Positions 18,749 through 26,660 of a stretch of 35,199 bases of DNA are shown piece by piece. The notes below the pieces were generated by a model. It made no database searches and was not told where the DNA came from. It worked only from the letters and a program-made list of their open reading frames with translations. Made by a program: the position numbers and the translations under genes. This DNA is from Selaginella moellendorffii. Taxonomy: Eukaryota > Plantae > Lycopodiophyta. Location: assembly GCF_000143415.4 (NCBI RefSeq), contig NW_003314481.1, positions 18,554 to 53,752 on the forward strand, read 5' to 3'. Position 1 is the stretch's first letter, and each line of letters begins with the position of its first letter.

Positions 18749-19542
18749 TTTTGGCTCTGTCACGTGGCGCGAGTCCGTGTGGCGGCCATGCGAGGTGGCG
18801 TGGCAGCGTTGGCTCGCGAGGGTGCGAACGTAGCACAGCTGGTGTTGGTTACTCCACAGCAGTGGTAGTCGCGGAGAATGACTTCGGCGGATCGCCGAAG
18901 ACAGTAAGCGTTCGTCCGGCGGGTGACGTACCTTTGATGCGAGATAACTTGTGAACGCGGCATGATATGATGCATGCATTACGTCCACAATGCTTGTATC
19001 ACTTGTACGTACCCGGCGACGAAAAAACGTGGTTCACTTTGCAGGGAATATTCTCGGAATATTCCGTCGTTGACCGTTGACCCCGCGTTGACCGTGTGTG
19101 GACTGTGGTGGTGGAGGGCCTGAGGTCACTCATACATACCCGGAGTCCAGCGGTTGCGTCGGGGAGAGCCATCCCGCGAGCTGTCGGCGTGTGTCGCCGA
19201 TGTCGAGGGAGCGGCACCGTTTTAACGGAATACACGCTTTTCCACGAGTCATGTGTGGAGTTCAGAGTTGAAACTCACATATTCACGATCGGAAGGAAGA
19301 GCGGAATCCAACGGTATATGCCGTTTTGACTCGGTCAACAGGGATACAGTCGGAATATTGGGGAATATTCCGTTCTGACCGTTGACTCCGCGTTGACCTG
19401 GCGTTGACTCGAAGGGGGGGTGGCCTGGAGTGACTTGGGACATACCTGAAGTCCATCGGCCAGACCCTGGGAGTCATAGGGTATGCGGAGAGGGATGCAA
19501 ACATATGCTTCCGTGTCTTGCAAAGTGTGGTACAAGACGTGG

Positions 19543-21810
19543 CTAAGCTCGCGGAGGGAGCTTGGCCCTGACCAGGAACGAACCGAGGTTCGGGGAGCGT
19601 CTCCAACACGTAATCACTCGGGGGAGTGTGTCTGCGGGAGCTTCATCCATCACCTGTTTAGGGTTTAGGATGTCCCCCAAGCCTAGCTGCGCGCTGTGGA
19701 GTGTGTAAGGCAGCTTGAAGGCGAGGGGGGCCCGTCGACAGGCGTCGCTAGAGCGGCGCGAACGTGCAAGGAGAGCTTGATGTCGCTGGTCGTAGGAGAT
19801 GCCGGAGAAGCAGTGATGGAGGAAGGAGGTCGGGTATCCCCGGGCACGGAGGCGGTGGTAGAACCGCGTGCGCATGGTGTGGAATCCATCGGCCGTGCTC
19901 TCGCGGAGGAGGTATCTGCGGAGCTCGCTGCGGATGAATGCCACCTTCTGGTGCCGTGGGTGAACCGACGTCCAGGGGAGGTACTGGTAGGCATTGAGGG
20001 GCTTCTGGAACGTGGACGAGTCGAGGCAGCCTGTCTCTTCAAAGCGAGGGCCTTTGAAGAAGTGGATATCGAGGATATCCAACTCTTCGAGCGAGATCAC
20101 CGAGGTGATCTTGATCGAAGGACACAGCGTGCCGTATCCTCGGAGCCATCGTTCGAGGCCTGCTCGTGTACCTGTCCAAATGCCCACTCCGTCATCTATG
20201 TACCTTCGTAGATAGAAGGGCCAGTCGTTGGTGGCGTGCTTGTACTCGGCTTCAAGAGAGCAGAGGAAGAGACAAGCGTAGACCACCGCAAAGTTGGAGC
20301 CCATCGCTGTGCCGCGGATCTGCTGGTAGATGTTACCGTCAAACTCCACGTAGTTGTGCTCCAGGACGAGGGCAGCCGCAGCCATGAGGAATCGCGAGCG
20401 TGTGGTGTTGCCGTACTCGGCAAACACAAAGTCGCGGAGGCGTTGGAGACCCTCTCGTGTGGGGATGCTTGGGTAGAGGCTCTCTACGTCGAACGTGAAG
20501 AGCCAGCAGTCCCGCGGGAGCTGTAGGTGGAGGAGGTCCTGTAGCAGCGTGAGCGAATCAGCGAGAAACGTTGGCTGCTTCAGCAGGATGTCGTAGAGCT
20601 GGCGGTGAAGCCACCGCGCGAGGGGCTCCCACAAAGTGCCGATATAGCTCGCAATTGGCCGGCCCTTTATTGGCTGCTTGTGTATTTTCGGGAGAAAATA
20701 CAGCATGCAAGCTTGCCGGGGTACGGCGGGCTGGTGCAGCAGGAACTGCTGCGTGGAGTTGTCGAGCCATGAGCAGCTGCGGTACTTTGTGATGAGCTCA
20801 GCGAGGCGTTCCTGGAGGGCCTTGGATGGCACGGAGGGGACCTTCACATAAACGAGTGGGTCGTTCAGTTGGCGCAGAGCCTCCTTCGTGTACCAATCGC
20901 GATCCAGAATCACCGCTCCAAGGTTTTTATCCGCGGGCTTGATGACGATGGAGGTGTCCGTCGCGAGAGAGCAGAGGGCACGCTTCTTCCAACCGTGAGC
21001 GAAGGAGCGAGGCTTGTGTGCTCCTTCAAGCCTGTGGAGCAGGCTGCCTCGCAAGTGTGCTAGGCGTCGTTCCACATGCGCTGGTGCTGGAGGCGGCTCG
21101 AAGATCGGGTTCGGTACTCGGAACTCCGGCAGGGCTGAGTCGTCGTCCTTGAAGAGGTGACGGAGTCGGACGGCTCGGCAGAGAGCATCAGAGCTTTCCA
21201 CGATCTGTGGGGCTCTGAGCGGTGCCGGGTTCGGGATGTACCTCAGGCCGAGGGAGAGGAGACGGATCTCGGCAGCTGAGAGAGTCCTGCTCGAGAGGTT
21301 GTGTACGGCTCCAGTCTCCACTCGGTTCTCGAACTTCGAGACTGGCCGTTGTCCTGCGATGTCGAGGGTGGCCTTAGACGGACTGGTCAGTGGTGACCAG
21401 TAGTCTTGAGGATTCCCCTCACAGGGACTTTGACGGTTGGTGAGCGTGAGCGCGAGCGTGAGCGGCGTCGTGGTGCTGGGGTCCTGCTCCTGCGGCTGGC
21501 AGGGGTCTGGCTCCGTCCAGGGCGAGGTCGAGGGCTGCGTGTGCGAGCTCCCTTGCTGCCTCTGGTCGGTGAACGTCCTCGCGGTCGCTGGGGACCTGAG
21601 GTGACCGGTGCCGGTGTCGTGGAGCGTGGGCGTCGCTGCGGGGAGCTGCTGCGGCCGGAGCGGCGAGGGCCAACGTGTCCAGCATTCTTTTCGTGGGAAC
21701 CATGCCGGGCTGGAGATGTCCGGCGCGGAGTCCCCCTCGAAGAAGAAGCCAATGCAGCGGAACGGGTGGGAGGAGTCCCAGTAGTCCCGTTCCGCCGCTG
21801 TCCGTTTCCC
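19543..21810 (-). CDS. Penelope-like reverse transcriptase (ORF2), no endonuclease; probably reached by -1 frameshift from ORF1
   Basis: Motifs IKPADKNLG, LYFLPKIHK, FTFDVESLYPSIP, QIRGTAMGS, RYIDDG, YLPWTSVHP, ARGYP. The frame is open up to the slippery site; the ORF-track call 19543-21321 starts at an internal GTG. Confidence 0.93.
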   Translation of the reverse strand, partial: GKRTAAERDYWDSSHPFRCIGFFFEGDSAPDISSPAWFPRKECWTRWPSPLRPQQLPAATPTLHDTGTGHLRSPATARTFTDQRQQGSSHTQPSTSPWTEPDPCQPQEQDPSTTTPLTLALTLTNRQSPCEGNPQDYWSPLTSPSKATLDIAGQRPVSKFENRVETGAVHNLSSRTLSAAEIRLLSLGLRYIPNPAPLRAPQIVESSDALCRAVRLRHLFKDDDSALPEFRVPNPIFEPPPAPAHVERRLAHLRGSLLHRLEGAHKPRSFAHGWKKRALCSLATDTSIVIKPADKNLGAVILDRDWYTKEALRQLNDPLVYVKVPSVPSKALQERLAELITKYRSCSWLDNSTQQFLLHQPAVPRQACMLYFLPKIHKQPIKGRPIASYIGTLWEPLARWLHRQLYDILLKQPTFLADSLTLLQDLLHLQLPRDCWLFTFDVESLYPSIPTREGLQRLRDFVFAEYGNTTRSRFLMAAAALVLEHNYVEFDGNIYQQIRGTAMGSNFAVVYACLFLCSLEAEYKHATNDWPFYLRRYIDDGVGIWTGTRAGLERWLRGYGTLCPSIKITSVISLEELDILDIHFFKGPRFEETGCLDSSTFQKPLNAYQYLPWTSVHPRHQKVAFIRSELRRYLLRESTADGFHTMRTRFYHRLRARGYPTSFLHHCFSGISYDQRHQALLARSRRSSDACRRAPLAFKLPYTLHSAQLGLGDILNPKQVMDEAPADTLPRVITCWRRSPNLGSFLVRAKLPPRA

Positions 21811-24179
21811 TGGTCGTTGCGGGTGGGTGTTGCCGACCGGGATCCGGCTTCGTCGGCGTTGGCGGCGAAGGACACGCGGTGCCTCTTGCTCGAATCCTGC
21901 GCATGCTTACCCGGTGTGCCGTCACGTTGCTCTCGCGCTTTGTTCTTCTTTTCTCGCTTTCTCTTCTTTTTTCCTGTGTGTGACGGCGTAGCATGTCGCT
22001 GGCTTTGGAAGGCCTTCGTAACAGCGGCGTCCACTAGCTCTGCGATGGTCTGCTCCTTGGGGAGGGCATCCGCAGAGGCGTTCGCCGCGTCGATGGCCTC
22101 CTCCAGTCTCCGCGTCGCCGTCGCCTGTGTTCGGTGCTCGATGCCCTTGCCGGCCATAAAGAACGATGTCTCGGTGTGGAACTTGAGGGTACACCGTTGC
22201 TTGAGGGCGAGCAGGTGGTGGTAGACGGCATCATGCTCTGTGGCGCTGCAATAACTGAGTGTGGAGGTGACGAGATCCTCGAGTCGGCTGCGAAAGAGAT
22301 CCCTGAGACCCGAGGAGACGAGCTTCTGGAGTGTCTCGATCTCGTCCTCGCGAGCCTTAATGAGGATGTCGTGCAGCTCCGTGAGGTAGCGCTCGTGCGC
22401 CTCAGCAATTCTGCTCGTGAGGCCGTCCTGGGCATGTCGAGACACCTTGAGCTTCGGTGGGCGTGTGCGGAGCGACTGCGGGCGTTTCTTTTGCTCTTTC
22501 AGGTCCTTGAGGCCCTGGAGAGCGGATCTCGACGACACCAGAGTGTTGTACTCCTGCAGAAATTCTTGCAGGGAGCTCGCGAGGATGCTGTTGAAGGCTC
22601 CATCGATGTTCTTGAAGCCTCCAAGCGTGTAGCCGTCTTCTGCTCCAACAGCCAGTGGCGGAGGTGGCGCAGCTGGTGGCTCGGGTGTGCGTCCCGGAGC
22701 TGGCTGGCCTGAACATCGCTCTGGCTGGGGAGGGATGGGCTCAGCATCTGTGCGTGTCCTCTGTGCTGCCGAGTGGCCTCGCGGTGGCGAAGTGACCGGA
22801 GGGTCCACTGGAGCAGGAGGAGGACGTCGCAGCTCCTGCGATGCTGCACGCGGAGATGCATGTGTCCGTGTCGTGCGTGTCGAGGGTGCCCGCTGTGCTG
22901 GCGAGGCCCGTGGTGTCAGGGGTGGCGGTCCAGCCTCCGGAGAGCGAGGTGTGGACGGCCGTTCTGGCATCGAGCTGTGAGGAGGCGTTCGTCGAGTCCG
23001 CGTCGAAGGTGTCAGGTGCGGAGGCGTAGACACCGGCTGCTCCTGTCGGTGGGACGTGGTGGGCCTGGGCTGGACAGGTCGTGAGACAGAGCCATGCGTC
23101 GCGGGTGACGGAGGCTGTCGCAGGGGCTGTCGCAGTGAGCCAGGTCCTGGAAGGCCTCTCTCCGATGGGGGTCGCTGCTCTGCTGCCATGGCAAGGGCAG
23201 GCCTGGGCAGCGATGACACGGGATTCGGCACCACAGGTGGTGGGAAGATCCGTCGCATCGCTGTAGCACTCGGCTCTGCAGTCAAAGGGCCAGGGTTGGC
23301 AGGGAGGACCCCGTGCGGGTAGGCTCCACGGTCCCGTAGGAGGGACTCAAACGTATCCTGGAATTGAGATCTGACGTAGCGATATGGAAAGTTTGCCACG
23401 TAAAAAGAGCGGAGGTCTCTCTGATGGCGTGGGGCTCGAAGTGCACGTGGCAGATCCGGCATGGGGAACCGGCGCATTGGCTGGACAGCCACGTGTTCCA
23501 CATGCGCCACGTGCTCGGTGCCCTCAGCCTGGGAAACCTCCTGCTCCGATGTTGGGCTGTCGCAATTCGCCGTGGGTGATGCTGCCGTGTTTGCCATGCA
23601 GCGCTCCTGTGCAGCAGAGTGTGGACCGTGTCTCATACTCTGCTGCAGCCTGCTCATGTCAGGGCTGCGCGCCACAGAGTCCGAGGAGTTCTGTGGTGTG
23701 GCCGTGTCAGAGGAGGTGGGAGGTCGCTGCAATGCCGAACATAGTGCCTCGTTGCAGAAAAAGTTGGCAACACTCGAAAGAGTGTCGTCTTGTTCCAGGT
23801 TCTCCAAACGCGTCTCAATGTGAGCCGTGATGACACGCGTAGTGCGGAGCCGCAGCGCACGTCTAGTGTCCAGAACTCGCTTGAGGTACGGCGAGAGTGG
23901 TCGGTGCGACGCACGTTCGTCGTAGATGGCCTCAGCGAGGAGCTGGGAGTGTTCACGCGACGAGGTAGCTCGTGACGTGGTTCCCAGCTCAGATTGGAGC
24001 ACTGGAGCTGGAGGAACTGGAGCGTAACCTGTCTCTGCAGTAGTCATGGCGTGGTTGGAGCTCCCTGGTGCTGCTGGCCCTGGTGGCATGAGCGGTGAGG
24101 GGTCCATGATGTCGTGACTGTCTGGTATAGGCACTAGAGCAGCAGATGGTAAAGGTGGCAGTGGCGTCGCTGGCATCAC
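21387..24179 (-). CDS. PLE ORF1: Pro-rich N-terminal region, helical/coiled-coil core, basic patch (KKKRKREKKNK), Arg/Ser-rich tail
   Basis: 930-aa ORF (ATG at 24176). Its core is conserved with ORF1 of the 2471 element. It sits upstream of and overlaps the RT ORF. Confidence 0.88.
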   Translation of the reverse strand: MMPATPLPPLPSAALVPIPDSHDIMDPSPLMPPGPAAPGSSNHAMTTAETGYAPVPPAPVLQSELGTTSRATSSREHSQLLAEAIYDERASHRPLSPYLKRVLDTRRALRLRTTRVITAHIETRLENLEQDDTLSSVANFFCNEALCSALQRPPTSSDTATPQNSSDSVARSPDMSRLQQSMRHGPHSAAQERCMANTAASPTANCDSPTSEQEVSQAEGTEHVAHVEHVAVQPMRRFPMPDLPRALRAPRHQRDLRSFYVANFPYRYVRSQFQDTFESLLRDRGAYPHGVLPANPGPLTAEPSATAMRRIFPPPVVPNPVSSLPRPALAMAAEQRPPSERGLPGPGSLRQPLRQPPSPATHGSVSRPVQPRPTTSHRQEQPVSTPPHLTPSTRTRRTPPHSSMPERPSTPRSPEAGPPPLTPRASPAQRAPSTRTTRTHASPRAASQELRRPPPAPVDPPVTSPPRGHSAAQRTRTDAEPIPPQPERCSGQPAPGRTPEPPAAPPPPLAVGAEDGYTLGGFKNIDGAFNSILASSLQEFLQEYNTLVSSRSALQGLKDLKEQKKRPQSLRTRPPKLKVSRHAQDGLTSRIAEAHERYLTELHDILIKAREDEIETLQKLVSSGLRDLFRSRLEDLVTSTLSYCSATEHDAVYHHLLALKQRCTLKFHTETSFFMAGKGIEHRTQATATRRLEEAIDAANASADALPKEQTIAELVDAAVTKAFQSQRHATPSHTGKKKRKREKKNKAREQRDGTPGKHAQDSSKRHRVSFAANADEAGSRSATPTRNDQGNGQRRNGTTGTPPTRSAALASSSRGTPRRTSPARHGSHEKNAGHVGPRRSGRSSSPQRRPRSTTPAPVTSGPQRPRGRSPTRGSKGARTRSPRPRPGRSQTPASRRSRTPAPRRRSRSRSRSPTVKVPVRGILKTTGHH
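21754..21810 (-). promoter_or_regulatory. Predicted -1 programmed ribosomal frameshift signal
   Basis: CAG GGA AAC (G GGA AAC), a 5-nt spacer, then a 13-bp stem GCGGCGGAACGGG/CCCGTTCCGCTGC with an inner TGGGA/TCCCA stem. Confidence 0.85.
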
Positions 24180-24255
24180 TGGGCGTCACTGGTGGCAGCC
24201 GTAGTGCTGGGGACAGCCACGGTGCTAGAGACGCTGCGCGGCGCTGGGCGGCGCG

Positions 24256-24370
24256 GGGCGGTACCGGGCGGTACCGGGCGGTACCGGGCGGTACCGCGCG
24301 TCACTGGGCGGTGCCGGGCGGTACGAGCGGTACCGCGCGTCGCTGGGTGAGGCCGGGCGGTACCGGGCGG
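24256..24370. repeat. GC-rich 10-bp minisatellite (GGGCGGTACC)n with degenerate higher-order copies, in the PLE 5' UTR
   Basis: Four perfect units at 24256-24295, then variants interleaved with CGCGCGTCGCTGGG. Confidence 0.8.
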
Positions 24371-25767
24371 TGTCGCGCGTCGCTGGGTGGTGCGCGGCGC
24401 GCGTGGAGCGGCCCTGGGCGGCGTGCAGCAGTGCGTAGCAGCCCGTGGTGCTGCTTGGCGCTGCTGGGCCGGCCAAGCCGCGGCGCGTTGGGCGGCGAGT
24501 GCTCGCCCAAGCGTTGGGTGTGGCCGCCGCGGGCGGCTGGCCGAGATGTGGCAGCCGCGGCAGCTGCTGGCGTTGGCGGCGGCTGTAGCTGCTGGCGTTG
24601 GCAGCGGCTGTGGCTGGCGCTGGCTGGGTCGCCGGCTGCTGCTGCTGGCAGGGCCGATTTTTTCTGCTGTTAGCCCCAAGCAAGAAAAACGAAAAAGGCC
24701 CTGCCTCCAGAGAGGAGGAGAGGGCAGGGCAGACCTTGAGCCGTAGACTGGCAAGCTCAGAAACAGCTGCTGCGCTCACGTGCTTTCTCCCGTTGCTCCC
24801 TCCTCCACAGCCACAAGGGACAAAAAGCAAGAGACAAAAAATCTAAGTGCTGGGACTTAGAATTCTTTGCGCTTGGTGTTTGAGCGTTGTGGGCCGTTAG
24901 ATCACGGGGATCTGACGGTGGAGGATGGGCGAGAGGGGAGAAAGGGGAGAAAACAGCAGCGTGAGCGGGCAGCGTTTTTACGGCGGATTCTGGTGGATCT
25001 CAGCAGCTCTGTGGTGATGTCTGGGCAGCGCGCATGCTCTCAACAGCAGGGAGCAGTCCCCTTAGGATTTTTGGAGATCCCTTGGTGGTGCCGAGGCAGC
25101 GACCAAAGGGGGCAAAAACCCTTTGTGGGGCACTTGCTGTGCCGGACGTGAGTCAGAGGAGCTGGGCTGCGCTAGACGCCAGAGAAGCTGTTGGTGGAGA
25201 TGCCGAGCTAGCTCCCAGACTCTTAGTGGCGGTTAGCAGCTCCAGGCAGGGATTTCTGTGGCGTCCTGGCGGTGAGGTGCAGCGCACAGGGGCCAACGTA
25301 AATGCCCGGCCTGGAGATTTGCTGTGCCAGACCTGTGCGCAGGGAGTGAGGGGCATCGTGGCTGGCTTCTCCTGTCCTAGAGCCGTATATGGAGCTGTCT
25401 TGGCCTGTCATTGGCGAAGAGGTCCGATTCCGGTAGATTGTTGTTTGAATTTACTGGATTCTTCTAGAACAATAAAAACAGTGTGAGAACTTAAGCTTAC
25501 TTGGTGCGTGGGATGTGCTTTTGCAGCCGAGCAAAGCTGGTGAGGCCCGCTCGGATGCTTTTGAACCGCAGAGAGTTTAGGATTTAGGCGCGTTTAGGCG
25601 TTTAGGGTCAAAGACACCCCGTGGTGTTGCAATCCGGCGAGATCGCGGCACCACTTTGTGCAATCCACATTCTCCGTGTGCCGTTGTCGAAACGGCGTGA
25701 TTGAGAGCAAGTAGAGGAGGCAAAGGAATGAATTTTCATTCATTCGTGAGCGAGGGAGAGGACAAGA

Positions 25768-25820
25768 GACAACCCGAGACCGGTTTCGTCCTTTTTGGGA
25801 CTCATCAGCCGGGTGTAGTC
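25768..25820 (-). ncRNA. Minimal type I hammerhead ribozyme
   Basis: Identical to 18650-18702. Confidence 0.93.
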
Positions 25821-26660
25821 GTCTAGTGTCTACCCTAACCCTAGCTCGGTGCCGACTCTACTTATATTTTGGCTCTGTCACGTGGCGCGAGTCCGTGTGG
25901 CGGCCATGCGAGGTGGCGTGGCAGCGTTGGCTCGCGAGGGTGCGAACGTAGCACAGCTGGTGTTGGTTACTCCACAGCAGTGGTAGTCGCGGAGAATGAC
26001 TTCGGCGGATCGCCGAAGACAGTAAGCGTTCGTCCGGCGGGTGACGTACCTTTGATGCGAGATAACTTGTGAACGCGGCATGATATGATGCATGCATTAC
26101 GTCCACAATGCTTGTATCACTTGTACGTACCCGGCGACGAAAAAACGTGGTTCACTTTGCAGGGAATATTCTCGGAATATTCCGTCGTTGACCGTTGACC
26201 CCGCGTTGACCGTGTGTGGACTGTGGTGGTGGAGGGCCTGAGGTCACTCATACATACCCGGAGTCCAGCGGTTGCGTCGGGGAGAGCCATCCCGCGAGCT
26301 GTCGGCGTGTGTCGCCGATGTCGAGGGAGCGGCACCGTTTTAACGGAATACACGCTTTTCCACGAGTCATGTGTGGAGTTCAGAGTTGAAACTCACATAT
26401 TCACGATCGGAAGGAAGAGCGGAATCCAACGGTATATGCCGTTTTGACTCGGTCAACAGGGATACAGTCGGAATATTGGGGAATATTCCGTTCTGACCGT
26501 TGACTCCGCGTTGACCTGGCGTTGACTCGAAGGGGGGGTGGCCTGGAGTGACTTGGGACATACCTGAAGTCCATCGGCCAGACCCTGGGAGTCATAGGGT
26601 ATGCGGAGAGGGATGCAAACATATGCTTCCGTGTCTTGCAAAGTGTGGTACAAGACGTGG

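Larger units (their letters stand above)
18458..25575 (-). mobile_element. Endonuclease-deficient telomeric Penelope-like retroelement, copy 1 (apparently full length, ~7.1 kb)
   Basis: ~1.4-kb 5' region, intact ORF1, overlapping RT ORF, ~1.1-kb 3' UTR with hammerhead, and a tail of degenerate CCCTAAA repeats. The 3' end is centromere-proximal, as in Athena/Coprina elements. Confidence 0.95.

Noticed and set aside
18458-18790. The PLE tail as the host telomerase RNA gene
   Set aside because: It is part of a multicopy mobile element, the template is degenerate, and there is no convincing USE (TCCCACATCG-like) upstream of the TATA.
18740-19668. Short ORFs in the PLE 3' UTR as a possible GIY-YIG endonuclease
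   Set aside because: No GIY/YIG or CCHH motifs, and they are not conserved in the old family.
24146-25486. ORFs of 60-200 aa in the PLE 5' region
   Set aside because: Low-complexity products of GC-rich repeats. A spliced upstream exon cannot be excluded but is unsupported.
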